Positions 22,252-33,753 are shown, numbered from the whole stretch's first letter. The stretch is DNA of 61,811 bases, filler included, from Stramenopiles sp. TOSAG23-3 (GCA_900128585.1; 2 parts of 2 records of this genome joined end to end with filler, not necessarily neighbours in it), one strand, 5' to 3'. The notes: generated by a model not told the origin, from the letters alone. Numbers and translations are program-made.

Positions 22252-23794
22252 GGTCTTGTATTCGTGACTTCGATTTTGGTACTACGTTTCTTCCGAATAA
22301 TATCAGACGACTTGTGTAAGATCACAGTTATTTTTTTCTACAGATACAAAGACAAGAAGAAACGGTGCCGTAAAGTGCTTTAACTCGCTTCTTTCTCATC
22401 ATAACCCGAACGATAGACCTCTCTTGTTCACTTACATCTCATTCGCAAACATTGTTTGTGTTTGTTGTTCATAGTTTTTTTAAATAATTATTATTAGTAT
22501 TATGATGATGAGATAATAATAATTTAATAATAATGATGATATAGTGCGGTAGTAGTGAGTAAAACTGTCTTCGTCGTCGCTCGGCCGTCGGCCGTCCAGA
22601 ACCACCATTACCACTACACCATGTTATTCTCCCTTTGATTTTATTGTTCTTCCTTTTGTATGGCTGTGGGAGGCCATCTACGTAGGCCTAGTATAATAAA
22701 TTTTATTATGATGCTGGATGGGAAATATCGCGAAAAATGCTTCTTTATTAAACTCCTTTTATTCCATAAATAATTGTATTATGAAGCACACAGACCAATC
22801 ATTTTGACAAGTTGATAGATCAAAAAGCACATTTTTTGGTATACTAAAGATCTAGTAAACAATACACTTTGTGAAGTTGAATGATGAGATGAGTGAGAGA
22901 CTAAAAACGAGTACACGAGAAGTGCAAGTACACACTGTCAGTATGTATATATTATAGTACTTTTTATTTGTATTATAATATTTAATTTAATAGGGTTTTA
23001 TTTAGTCTATTGAAGGAATTCGATATACGTATTTCCGCAGAAGTAGAAAATTCGAAGTTCTTTAGCTCTTGTCTTGGTGTCCATTATTTAGTGAACAATA
23101 GAACTATATTGTAGGAATTTTACGTCCGTTTGAAAATAAGGTTTTAAAGTAATATCGTGATATTATTTATCTTATACTTTATACAATATCTGAAAATAAT
23201 ATATATTTATGTCCTTAAACTTGTGAACTTCACGACCGTAATCAGTTGTCATCAGCACAAGAGCAAATAAAAAATCCAAAGTAAATAGGGGGTAGGTACA
23301 GGTATAATATTTAACAGGAATACCGTAGTGTGTGCGAGAAGACGACTAATAATATTATTTTCGACAGCACATACCTGGTACAGTACTTCCATGCAAATGA
23401 TTGATTGAATTATATTGAGTACTACAGTTCACTACCGGTACAGGTATTTAATTCGTTCCTTCTTCTATCTTCTTGGTATGATATTTTTAAAATTATTTTT
23501 TGGCAATAATAATAATAAAATAATAAAATATTATTATTATGAGGGACAACATGTATGTATATATACACCATCACATCATATTATTCCTATAATATAAAAT
23601 AATAAATATATATACGGTACTGCCACTTTTTATTTTAATCAAAAATTGAATGAACAACGCAAGGATTTGTTGCATGTGAGCAAATAAGCAAATCAACAAG
23701 AGCCTTTAAAAGGCAATGGAAGATGTGCACGGACCGTGTGTCGTATGCAAGCCTTTTTAAGAAACAGAAACAAACGCCGAAAGTGTGCTGAGAA

Positions 23795-24217
23795 ATGAGC
23801 TCCTCTGATGACATCAAAATAGACCTGGAGCTGGCAAATAGTTCCGTGGAAGCATTTGCTAGCCCAAAAGGGAAACTGGCGGATAATGGCGATCGAGCAA
23901 CTGTGCTGGCCCTGAAGCTACAGGCTATGTTTCGCGCGAAACGGGCGCGCGCCAAAGCGAACGAAGTTCGGGAGGAAAAGTTGAGAAAATTCGAAAATAA
24001 AATAAAAATGGAAAGCCCGTTGAGATCGACCTGTTACTACATGATGTTCCTCGTGTTGTTTGCAGTGGCCGTGTTTCTTCGTGTAGACTCGGAAGCACTT
24101 TACTTTGTCACCATTATGGACGACTGGGTAGTGCAGGAGGAATTCTCCCCGTCGGATTCTCAGATTTATAAGAATTTCAATGACATACAATCAGTTCAAG
24201 GGTACATTGATTACTAA
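23795..24217 (+). pseudogene. Truncated polycystin-2/PKD2-like channel gene (IQ + first TM + start of extracellular domain)
   Basis: LKLQAMFRAKRAR (IQ), YMMFLVLFAVAVF (TM1), EEF...KNFNDIQS. Last codons (from 24197) match family A repeat. No room for the remainder before the convergent gene. Confidence 0.6.
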
Positions 24218-24750
24218 AACCGCAGCGGTAGAGAAAAGTTCCCAGTACATGAAGGAACACGTAAACCTATACTGGACTAAATGAGTAGATTCATTTTCGC
24301 GGTATATGGTGAGGAAAGATAATGTTTTTTAAAATTACAAACACTTTAAAAAATAGCAGAAGCCAAGCTTTCGTTTTTAATAAAACAGCCAATTTTTTGT
24401 TCTTAAGTTCTTACTTCGTAATGGATAAACTATATTAGGAAAGAAGGATAATTTATCTTATGAGGAAGCTAAATTTAATTACTATTACCAAATAAGCCGC
24501 TGCTTGGAAGATGGTATAAGGATTGATTTATCTCTGAGTGAGATATCGGATGAGGAAAAGTTGATTACGGTTCATATGCAAGCAATGCCAATTCAGTTAT
24601 CGCCCCGGATAGTTTATAAAAAAAAATGATGATTGACAACCATCAATGAGACGAAATTACAGAACCAAGTTAGGATTAGGGTACGACGAAGCTTAAATAA
24701 CAGCCAATTTTCTTAATTTAATTTAATTACTTAAATAATTTATCTTCTTC
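24197..24750 (+). mobile_element. Cluster of family A fragments and TIR-like motifs
   Basis: 24197-24322 and 24481-24610 match 8800-9045 and 34930-35112; 24630-24700 matches the reverse complement of 50893-50970; TIR cores at 24381 and 24692. Confidence 0.7.
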
Positions 24751-24802
24751 ATTACGAGGAGTTTCATCTTCGATTTAAAGAAAAAAAAAACTAAAGTGCA
24801 CA

Positions 24803-25900
24803 TCACAGGCGCGCTGGGATTCCTAGCCAAGAAAGTATGCGCAAAGAAAAGACGTGGTACCATCTTATGTCCGGCCACCACGGCTCGATGCGATCGGCAG
24901 ATTTATGTTGCAGATTAGCCATACCATTCCTGATGGTGGACAGCTGCAAAGAAATATACGGAAGCTCCAACATAATTTGACCGTATCGAAGGGCAAGCAC
25001 ATCCGTAGGCGGGTCTTTTGTAATTTCACTCCCACGTCCAGCAGAGTCAGCGGCGACGAGAGGCTCGCCATCTATTGTAACCCTATGCATCAAGCGGTGT
25101 TGCCCATGATAATCATTTATCGCGCAGTGCCAAACTGCACGATTATCCCATAGTATCGCTGATCCTTTTGTCCACTTAAACCGAGTCATGTTCGAAGGTG
25201 ACACCGCAGCGGTGTAAAGAGTTTCCAAGAGGGGTTTGGATTCTTCCGGCGTTTTCCCTTCAAAGTGAAGCGTAAATGAAGGGTTTACAAACAGGGTTTT
25301 TCGTTTTGACAGTGGGTGAGATATTACTACAGGATGGATGCTAGTTTGCATTGCAGCATCTGGGTTGTTGTACAGAGGTTTTGCGGTGCCCTTATCTATC
25401 ACTCGGCGCCCAAAGACTGGTCGAGACGAGTGCACGGCTCGAAGACCCTCAAGCTGCTCTTTAATTTTCTGGGGAAGACTATCGTACGCTTTCGCCATAT
25501 CTACAAACACCGTGTCACCACCAGTTGCCGGGAGATCCCGAGCAACCAACAAGCTTCCCAACGCGGGTGCAAAATCATACGAATGGTCGGTGTGGAAGTA
25601 TTCACCGATCGCGCTCTTCTGGCCTGGAACTTTTTCTACTTTTGCAATGCCTGGGTGAGAGCTGACGTAGTTGAAGAACCGGTTTACGTTAATCGTACCA
25701 AACCGCTTTGCAAACTTTAAGTGATCGTCCATTGTAAATACACAACCATTATCAATGCCCCTAAAAAATACAACACCATGGTCTGAAAAATGCTTTTTCA
25801 CTTCCACGAGTTCCTCTTCACTTATTGTGGCAAGCGTTAGGCCAGTGACTTCCGCACCACAGCTTAAATTTTTGTTCCAAATGTGGCGCGGTGACGACAT
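24803..25900 (-). CDS. TauD/TfdA-family 2-oxoglutarate/Fe(II) dioxygenase, C-terminal PTS1-like ARL
   Basis: FHTDHSY (HxD), GGDTVF, HPVVISHP..RKTLFVN, WDNRAVWH, RLMHRVT. Confidence 0.92.
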   Translation of the reverse strand: MSSPRHIWNKNLSCGAEVTGLTLATISEEELVEVKKHFSDHGVVFFRGIDNGCVFTMDDHLKFAKRFGTINVNRFFNYVSSHPGIAKVEKVPGQKSAIGEYFHTDHSYDFAPALGSLLVARDLPATGGDTVFVDMAKAYDSLPQKIKEQLEGLRAVHSSRPVFGRRVIDKGTAKPLYNNPDAAMQTSIHPVVISHPLSKRKTLFVNPSFTLHFEGKTPEESKPLLETLYTAAVSPSNMTRFKWTKGSAILWDNRAVWHCAINDYHGQHRLMHRVTIDGEPLVAADSAGRGSEITKDPPTDVLALRYGQIMLELPYISLQLSTIRNGMANLQHKSADRIEPWWPDIRWYHVFSLRILSWLGIPARL

Positions 25901-26436
25901 TTTTGCGGCACCTATAATTTTTATTTTTTGTGTACTGGGGATGGTCGTTTACACGACAAATTTACAACCTCGCAAATACCATGATAATCCGTCTTATCTG
26001 AAATGACAGTGTCATGGTTTGACGACAAACTTCACCTATATACGGAAAGGAATTTCTCAGTACTACCCGAACCCATTTTTTCACTATCGTACTTGTCCGA
26101 TATTGTGTCCCCAGCAGGGGGGGGTGTTGTATTATTAATACCGTTATATGATGATGTGGTGGTGGTGGTGTGTGAATGTGTGAACTTTTTTTTAATTAAA
26201 AGACAGGCAGGGAGCAGGGAGTGTTATTGTATGGTACTTTTATCCGATTTTGTGTCAAGTATTTATGCGTGTGAACTTTTTTTAATTAAAAAACTAGCAG
26301 GGAGTTAGTGTTACACAAAATAACATTGAATAACAGCTAAAATGACGGAAAAACTTATAATTTTAACCAAAAAAAAAAGTTCTATTTTATTTTCACTCTA
26401 CGCATTTATATAGGGTATTGTTACAAGTACAATATT

Positions 26437-26700
26437 TTAAGTGTGAAATTCGTTCGCGCATGTATTGAGCAGTTCCGTACGCATCGTCCTGTGATGGTCT
26501 GTTCGTGGTGTCGGCAACCATACGGGCGGGAGTTTTAAACGATTGTGCGCCATCGCCTCGATGCATGCCAGGTATAAACAATTTCCGTCTCTCGGGATGG
26601 GCATTACCTGATAGCCCTTGGGGGCGTGACTGGGCGGCAGTTGCTTCGGTTGTCGCATGGGCGTCAGGGCGGGGTCGCCTCTTTGGCGGTGGGGGGACAC
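26437..26700 (-). pseudogene. OTU-like cysteine protease fragment (frameshifted, C-terminal half missing)
   Basis: IPRDGNCLYLAC (catalytic Cys box), then HRTMRTELL continuing as QYMRERISH in the adjacent frame. GC-rich island in AT-rich spacer. Confidence 0.6.
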
Positions 26701-26777
26701 AATATTTAATGTATTTCAATAATTTAAAAAACAAAAAATTGGCCGGTGTCCCCAGAGGCTTTTATTTCTCGCTCTGG

Positions 26778-28193
26778 TCATTCGCGAAGAACGGGCAATA
26801 GACTTTCGTCTTTTTGAATAGTCCCATCGATCTCTTCATACGCACTTCCCACATTTAATTCAGGCTGAAGTTCTGCGCTGCAAAAGAGGCTCCACACAAC
26901 CATTCCCAGAACGTAGAGGCTAGCGGCAATGAAGAAGACGCTCCTCCACTCCTCTTGCGTATCGTGCTTTGTGAGGCTTGAAGTCAATAGAGGCGAAATT
27001 ATTCCCGGAAATGTAGCGATTAAATTGCTAACAGAGTAAACGACTCCACTGAATTTTGGGCTCATATCAATCGTCACCGCCGGGTACCCACTGTAAACGA
27101 AACCACTAAGACCGACGGCTGCGGTCATCAAAATAAATGCTTGACCAGGATCTGATTCGTACGATAGCCACACTAACGCAATCGAAGGCAACAAATTTCC
27201 AAGAATCACCATGAAGATCCGGGTGTTGGTGCGGGTGAAAACTCTTTTCACTATCAGCAAATCCGCAAGCCCCCCCCCGACGCACTGGACGAGAAACATC
27301 GTGAGATAGGGCAGTACTGAATAAATTGCCGACGCGGTCATGTCGAAATGCAATACCTTGAGCAAGTAAGTCGGCAGATAGCTCAAGAACGTGTACAAAC
27401 TCCAATTGTTTACAAAATGACAGCAATAGAGAGCCAGCACGTGTTTGTTTGTAAAAAGGGCCACCCACACGGAGCGGGGAACCTTCGCAGATTTTGCTTT
27501 ACCGCGGGATTTCACAATAAAAGCGCATTCTTCTGAAGAAATTGACGGGTGATCCTCTGGGTACTCGGTTACAAAATAAGAGAACATACAAAACCAGAGC
27601 ACCCCCACAAGTCCCAGGTCGTAAAATAGGCCTTCCCATCGACCAAAAAGGGGAGCATCCCAACTAAGTATTACGCCGGAGACGGGAAATGTCGCAGCAG
27701 TCCCAATCATTGCACCGCTGAAAGCGATGCTCACCATTTTGCTTCTCTCGTCCGCGGGTGCCCATTTCGATAACATGGCGAAGAGCGCAGGATAAGTTAC
27801 CGATTCAAACAGGCCCATGAATATTCGTAACGTTATAAGACTCCATAAATGCGAGTCACTGGTATTTTTACAGTGAAAGTCCCAACACGTAGCCAGCGGA
27901 AGGAGCATTGTCAGCAACGAAGTTGTCAAAACCCCGACTCCAAAAACATACTTGCCACCGTAGGTCGTCGCGAGCCACCCGCCAGGGATTTGCCCAAAGA
28001 GGTAGCCTATGAAGAAAGACGATAAGACGAACCCCTTTTCGGCTTTGGACCAATGATATTGCTCAGCCATCGGCAAAACAGCTACGCTAAGGTTGACACG
28101 AAAGGCGTAAACCATCACCAGCCCAAACCACAACCAAAATACAAAAACATACCTCGTCAAAAAGAGTGACCGGCCCGAGTCTGGGGTTGCCAT
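26778..28193 (-). CDS. MFS transporter, anion:cation symporter (SLC17/sialin-like)
   Basis: RVNLSVA, LSSFFIGY..GQIPGG, SKWAPADERS, LPTYL, EWRSVF; about 12 TMs; C-terminal acidic dileucine KDESLL. Confidence 0.92.
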   Translation of the reverse strand: MATPDSGRSLFLTRYVFVFWLWFGLVMVYAFRVNLSVAVLPMAEQYHWSKAEKGFVLSSFFIGYLFGQIPGGWLATTYGGKYVFGVGVLTTSLLTMLLPLATCWDFHCKNTSDSHLWSLITLRIFMGLFESVTYPALFAMLSKWAPADERSKMVSIAFSGAMIGTAATFPVSGVILSWDAPLFGRWEGLFYDLGLVGVLWFCMFSYFVTEYPEDHPSISSEECAFIVKSRGKAKSAKVPRSVWVALFTNKHVLALYCCHFVNNWSLYTFLSYLPTYLLKVLHFDMTASAIYSVLPYLTMFLVQCVGGGLADLLIVKRVFTRTNTRIFMVILGNLLPSIALVWLSYESDPGQAFILMTAAVGLSGFVYSGYPAVTIDMSPKFSGVVYSVSNLIATFPGIISPLLTSSLTKHDTQEEWRSVFFIAASLYVLGMVVWSLFCSAELQPELNVGSAYEEIDGTIQKDESLLPVLRE

Positions 28194-28717
28194 TTGATTT
28201 TCCGACGACGACGAGAGAAAAGAAGGGCTTTAATTACTTTGACGTAATAACCAAACCAAAGCCATGCAACAATGTACTTCGTCGTATAGCACAAAATATG
28301 AGATCAGGAAAGCATCCACTTCTGTATTCTGAAATTATTAGAGGATTAATATTGGGTTGTGGTTCTAATGCATATCATATCCGGTATTCGATGGAAGAAT
28401 ATTGAATAATAATTTGCGGCTTGGCGGCAGCAAGCAGGCATTTATTTAAAGTTTTAGTATTTAAGGTAAATGATATATGTACCGTACATCACATTATTAA
28501 TATTACCTACTATAATAAATAATGAATTAATTCAATAACCGATAATGCAGCATATATCCTTAAGTTGGAGATTATACATTTCAATGGCTATATTTAAATT
28601 TAAAAAAATATATAATTATTATTATTAAAATGGACAACAGGGTGACAGCGAAGGCAACAACAGGGTTTCAAGATCAGTAACACAGTACACGCATCGGGAA
28701 GAAGAGTTTTAAAGAGA

Positions 28718-28911
28718 GTCACATGAAGGAATGTAAACCTTAAATGGACAAAAGCTGAGTAGATTCATTTTCGCGGTATATGAGGGAGATAAATTTTAAT
28801 TACTAACTCTAAAAAAAAACAAATTATATAGTAGTATCATATGTTTTAAGACTCTCATCATTTTAAATCAATTACTCTATAAAACAAATTATAAAAAGCA
28901 AGAAAATTGGG
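28718..28911 (+). mobile_element. Family A fragment plus TIR-like motif
   Basis: CATGAAGGAATGTAAACC...AGTAGATTCATTTTCGCGGTATATGAGGGAGATAAATT closely matches 24248-24322. Confidence 0.7.
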
Positions 28912-29160
28912 TCAAGAAAAAAACGTTCGTTGTAGCTTATTGTTGTTTTAGAGTTTACATGTTGTTTAAAATTATGCCCTTGTCAGTGATACAGATTTCA
29001 AGTTAACCCTTCCAGTTGTGCCATTAATAAATATGGCACAACGGTTTGGGAGGGGTGTCGTGACAATTGCTGCATAGAGTGTGCCGTGCAAATTCCAAAT
29101 ATTCTATCAAGCCCGCAAGCCTGCTTATTTCAACAAAAGTTAAAAGGAAACACGAAGGAA

Positions 29161-30507
29161 ATGAAAGTGGTCACCGTTGGGAACAGTGTGGCGCGGTATA
29201 ATGATTATCGGACTATACGACAGTTTCTAGAAACAATGGAACTTATGCACCCAACAATCACATGGAAAACAGATTTAAAGGTTGGGGTTAACGGTGGCCG
29301 TTCTCAGGAAGGGATGTACAGTGATTTGTCAACAAAAAAATCAAGTCACTTTCACAATGCAGATGTCATAATTATTCAATATTCTATTTTTGCAAGTTGC
29401 AGGAATTGTATCTATGCCGAGGAGTTGCTACGAACTTTCCTGGAACTTAAGTCAAAACCCCTTGTCCTCATGGTAGAGCATGTTGCATATGGTGGATTGT
29501 ACAATGGAAACTACACTGGTAAAAACGGGTCATATGCAGCACGCAAAGACGTTTGGGAAAGAATAAAGCAAGACGAGAGGGGACTGGCTTTGCACTACAA
29601 TTTGCCCTTTGTGTCTATGAGTGCAGCCTTGAACATTGTGCTTTTAGGATTGCAAGCAAAGAAAGAGTTGTATCGTTCAGAGTTGATGGGAAAATATGAT
29701 GGTAAAGGGCGGTGCTTAGGCAAAGGAGGCATTAACAAATTAAAAACCCCAGATTTTAAATTGCACTGGAAGAAATATTACAGTGATAACCTGCATTTTT
29801 CTGCTTTGGGCAATGCCATTGCAGGCTGTTTGTTAGCAGACGTTGCCAACTCAATTGCAAGCGCAACTTCTGAAACATGTGGTGCTTTAGGGACCGCATA
29901 CAGACTTCCTCCTCCTTTTCTAGAGGATACAAAACAGAGGGTGTCAGAAAATCATGTTTTTGAATTTGTCAACTCAACCGCCCAACGTACACTGTTCCCT
30001 CTAGCCTTGTCCAAATTTCTGGGGGAACGCATTGCTTTGGGTGCCAAAGTGAGGAATCCTTACCTTAAAGGGTTCCGATTCAAACAGGGCGGGAAGGGAG
30101 GAGAGAAAATATGGTTGAATACCATGGCGCAGGGGGCAATATTGAGGTTTACTACTCCTAAACCTTGTACCCAGATTCGTGTCGAATATTACAAGCACCA
30201 TGAGCTGGGAATGGGCATGGCAGAAGTAAAAGTTGATGGGAAAATTGTTTTTGTTTTAGATGCATGCTGCAAGAAAACATGCGTAGACAATGGTGATGGC
30301 ATTAAGCGCGGGTTCTACTATGTGGCAACTGTTGCTGAAAATCTAGAGCGGAAGATCCACAACGTTGAAATCAAAACAATAAAAAGGACATCAAATGTAT
30401 GCGAAACGTCTGGAAATCAGTTTGATATAGTTAGCATCATGGGAAATACTAAATCTGGGGGGGGGTCATTGCACAAATCACAATTCAGACCTAACACAGA
30501 CTGGTGA
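29161..30507 (+). CDS. SGNH/GDSL-like hydrolase with C-terminal beta-rich domain
   Basis: VVTVGNSVA (block I), NGG (block II), DNLHFS (DxxH). True start uncertain. Confidence 0.7.
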   Translation: MKVVTVGNSVARYNDYRTIRQFLETMELMHPTITWKTDLKVGVNGGRSQEGMYSDLSTKKSSHFHNADVIIIQYSIFASCRNCIYAEELLRTFLELKSKPLVLMVEHVAYGGLYNGNYTGKNGSYAARKDVWERIKQDERGLALHYNLPFVSMSAALNIVLLGLQAKKELYRSELMGKYDGKGRCLGKGGINKLKTPDFKLHWKKYYSDNLHFSALGNAIAGCLLADVANSIASATSETCGALGTAYRLPPPFLEDTKQRVSENHVFEFVNSTAQRTLFPLALSKFLGERIALGAKVRNPYLKGFRFKQGGKGGEKIWLNTMAQGAILRFTTPKPCTQIRVEYYKHHELGMGMAEVKVDGKIVFVLDACCKKTCVDNGDGIKRGFYYVATVAENLERKIHNVEIKTIKRTSNVCETSGNQFDIVSIMGNTKSGGGSLHKSQFRPNTDW

Positions 30508-30581
30508 ACTAGGTTTAAAAACACCTGCTTTCAGAAACTCAATTTTAAAAGGTTTATAATATATTTTGTTTGAAGGTATTA

Positions 30582-30875
30582 TAAAAAACAAGAAAATTGG
30601 CTGTTATTTAAGTAATTAAATTTAAAAAACAAGAAAATTGGCTGTTAGCTTCCAAAAATTATATTCCATAAAGCATAAATAGCCTCTATATAAAAAAACT
30701 AAAATGATATAGTATGTTTTAAGACCCTCAAGCATACTCTATATATATTTTTTTTCTTTTCAAAAGTTAATATTCTAAACTTCTGGAACAAGTAGGAGTT
30801 TGGGTTCTTGAACGTTTTTACCTTCTTTTTAGGAAACAAGAAAATTGGCTGTTATTTTTTATAGTAATTAAAATT
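30582..30875 (-). repeat. Three TIR-like motif copies after the SGNH gene
   Basis: AAACAAGAAAATTGGCTGTTA at about 30586, 30627 and 30834. Confidence 0.8.
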
Positions 30876-30912
30876 AAAGAAAAAAAGAAGGTGTCAGTTC
30901 AAGAACAATGTC

Positions 30913-31012
30913 NNNNNNNNNNNNNNNNNNNNNNNNNNNNNNNNNNNNNNNNNNNNTTAATTAATTAANNNNNNNNNNNNNNNNNNNNNNNNNNNNNNNN
31001 NNNNNNNNNNNN
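30913..31012. other. Artificial contig linker (44 N + TTAATTAATTAA + 44 N)
   Basis: Exactly 100 nt and symmetric; the 12-mer gives stops in all six frames. Confidence 0.9.
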
Positions 31013-31330
31013 TCCTATCTTATTTACGTACTTGTAAATCACTCTACACTACTAATATATCAAAGTGTTTCCCGTAAAAACGTCACTTTCGTTTATATTT
31101 TAAGAGATAATACGAGTACACATTGCCTATATAACGGGTTTCTCTAGTTTTTTTGTAAAAATTGTTGATTTTTTATATGAACGAATATTTCCATTATATA
31201 GACAATATGTACTTGTATTATTTCTTAAGATATAAACGAAAGTTACGTTTTTACGGGAAACACTTTGATATATTAGTAGTGTAGAGCGATTTACAAGTAC
31301 GTAAATAAGATAGGAAATTCAACTCGAAAA
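31013..31330. mobile_element. MITE-like element (family B) with about 125-bp inverted arms; left tip lost in the gap
   Basis: 31013-31137 is a close reverse complement of 31191-31315, with a spacer of about 55 bp. Partial second copy at 38225-38411. Confidence 0.82.
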
Positions 31331-31806
31331 TAAAATCTCAAAAAAAAACAGCTAATAGCATACTTCAATTCAACAAAACCATCGATTTTCAGAGTTTCAA
31401 AACATTGTTGGAATACTAATTAGCATTGTTGGAACACAATTTACTGCAAATAATTGTTTTTTCAGAACGAAGAAGAAAAAACATAACTTAAGGAAATATT
31501 ACTAAATGTTATTAAACAGTGTTATTTCAATGCTAATTATATTTAACATATAAACAGCAGAAAAGTAATATCTACTTTTTCGTGAAGTTTTGCTCCCCTC
31601 ACCGGGGCAGGGGGTTACAAGTAAATATAATAAAATTATACCACCCGACCCCCCCCGTACACATATACAACAATACATGCCAATACAATACACTAATAAG
31701 ACTACTAAACTATATAATACATAGAAAGTGGTGGTGGTTCCCCATTATTTAAGCTATTATAATAATGCCAATAATACAAGGGGTACCACGGTATTATATA
31801 TATTAT

Positions 31807-31899
31807 TAGTCATCTTCCCGTCCGATCGATTCGTATCTTTCTGGTGGTGGTTCCATTATATAGTCGATCTTCCCGTTCGATCGATTCGTATCTTTCTGG
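31807..31899 (+). repeat. About 38-bp direct repeat upstream of the AKR gene
   Basis: ATCTTCCCGT(C/T)CGATCGATTCGTATCTTTCTGG at 31812 and 31867. Confidence 0.85.
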
Positions 31900-32027
31900 C
31901 GTTCGACCACCCTAAAAAGATACACACTAATATGGCCCGAATGCGGAATAGGAACGTCGTTTTAAAAACGGGATCAATAAAAAGAAGGTGCACAAGCAAC
32001 AACTATATTCGTTTTAAAGTAGGAGGA

Positions 32028-33089
32028 ATGGCTTCGAGCGGCAAAAGCGGTTCGATATCTGTTGTCCTTGGGACCATGACATTCGGTTGGAACAAAGCTT
32101 CAGAAACTTGTGGCGACGGCATTTCACAAGCTATGCTGGATACATTCGTACAATCGAGTGACAAACACGTGGAAGTTGACACGGCCTTTTTGTACTCCGG
32201 TGGGGAGACGGAAAACATAATAGGACGTCTGTTGCCAAATACTACGAACGCAGGCCGGCTGGAAATTGCAACCAAAGCCGCGCCGTGGGGTAACCTGATA
32301 AAGGGAACAGGGGGCGTTCATGGTGCGTCAGGGGGCGCGGGGGGGTTGTCCCCCGAGTGCCTTCGCATGCAGGTGGAAACATCCCTGCAGCGCATGGGTA
32401 CAAAGCGAGTGCACACGCTTTATTTGCATGCGCCGGATGCAGAGACCCCGTTGAAAGCTTCACTTGCAGAAGTTGACAAACTTCACAAGGAGGGAAAGTT
32501 CACAGAGTTGGGTCTAAGTAATTTTTCCGCCTGGGAGATTGTTCATTGTTGGCATTTATGCCATGCAAATGGGTTTGTCCAACCAACTGTCTACCAGGGT
32601 ATGTATAATGCGATCACACGGCAGGTCGAGGCAGAGGTTTTCCCGGCCTGCAAAGAACTTGGGATACGGTTCCTCTGCTACAACCCACTCGCGGCTGGTA
32701 TTTTGACCGGCAAACACGACTTTTCGAAAGCCCCGTCCGCAGGCCGTTTTAAAGACAACAGCATGTACATGGCTCGCTACTGGAAGAAAGAATATTTCGA
32801 GGCACTGGCAAATGTTCAGGAAGCCTGCTTGGCAGCAAATGAACCGAACTTGGCATCGGTGAGTCTGCGGTGGTTGAAGCACCATTCCAAACTAGATGCA
32901 AAAGCAGGGGATGGAATCATCATTGGTTCAAGCTCGGTGAAGCACCTGGTCGAAAACTTGAAAGCTTGCGATGAAGGAAACCCGTTGGCGAACTCAATTG
33001 TCGAAGCATTGGAGAATGCGTGGAAAGTGTGCGAGCCGGTTTGCCCGCTGTATTTTCGTGGCCATAGCAAGCAGACTGGGAGTTTGTAA
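32028..33089 (+). CDS. Aldo-keto reductase, AKR7 (aflatoxin aldehyde reductase)-like
   Basis: LGTMTFG, DTAFLY, IATK, LYLHAPD, GLSNF, PTVYQGMYNAITR, YNPLAAG. ATG 32028 preferred over upstream starts. Confidence 0.92.
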   Translation: MASSGKSGSISVVLGTMTFGWNKASETCGDGISQAMLDTFVQSSDKHVEVDTAFLYSGGETENIIGRLLPNTTNAGRLEIATKAAPWGNLIKGTGGVHGASGGAGGLSPECLRMQVETSLQRMGTKRVHTLYLHAPDAETPLKASLAEVDKLHKEGKFTELGLSNFSAWEIVHCWHLCHANGFVQPTVYQGMYNAITRQVEAEVFPACKELGIRFLCYNPLAAGILTGKHDFSKAPSAGRFKDNSMYMARYWKKEYFEALANVQEACLAANEPNLASVSLRWLKHHSKLDAKAGDGIIIGSSSVKHLVENLKACDEGNPLANSIVEALENAWKVCEPVCPLYFRGHSKQTGSL

Positions 33090-33753
33090 TGGACTTTTGG
33101 CCGTGCCCCCGGTGGCCGTGCGTAGTGGTGTATTTACGGCTGTGTGCCTGCTATTTTTAGTATGGGGTTACCATTGATGATTGTTTAGTCTATATTGTGT
33201 TGATGTATAGCCACGCGTAATCCTATTACCTGTATTATTTTTTAAAGGCAGTTATCTATTTTTTTCACTACCTCTAATAGCACTAAACATTTTTGTTCCA
33301 ACATCAGCATTATTTTTTTATTAAAACAAAAAACAAATTATAAAATAATAATAATAATAATGTACATTACAGTAGTAGTCAGTCGTCTAATAATATAATA
33401 ATAATTATTATTATTTTTCAACAACAACAAACAACAACACAACAAACAAGAAGAAGTGAAGGGAAAAAAACAAAAACTAAAATTAATTAATATTAACGAC
33501 TCTTCTTTATATTGATTAGTATTCTTCTTCGGTATTAAATCGGTACAGGCACGTACAGGTACTACCTTGTATAAATGTAAATACCTGTGGTTCGGAACCG
33601 TAACGGCGGAAGAACCACCAGCAAGTATCCATCCAGAAGACATGTACGGTCCGTGCGCTGCAAACACAATAACTATAATTTTCAACGGGTGAAAAGACAC
33701 CAATCCTCTCCAAAAGCCCGCCTGCTACTCTTGAGCATGCTGCTCGTTTTTAA

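Noticed and set aside
22252..23790. snoRNA or tRNA genes near NOP58
   Set aside because: No convincing box C/D pair with a terminal stem and no cloverleaf seen by eye; an Infernal/Rfam scan would be needed.
24669..24682. TTAGGATTAGGG as an interstitial telomere (reverse copy near 50916)
   Set aside because: Only two imperfect units, and they are part of the family A repeat.
30913..31012. TTAATTAATTAA palindrome inside Ns as a biological site
   Set aside because: Symmetric 100-nt spacer with six-frame stops is a contig-joining artefact; linkage across it cannot be assumed.
31728..32027. N-terminal extensions of ORFs from GTG/TTG starts (also 3457, 4661, 7449, 9574, 19291, 45711, 61695)
   Set aside because: Eukaryotic genes; recognisable homology or signal peptides begin at downstream ATGs.
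32021..32030. AGGAGG Shine-Dalgarno-like sequence before the AKR ATG
   Set aside because: Only 1 nt from the ATG and in a clearly eukaryotic context; chance.
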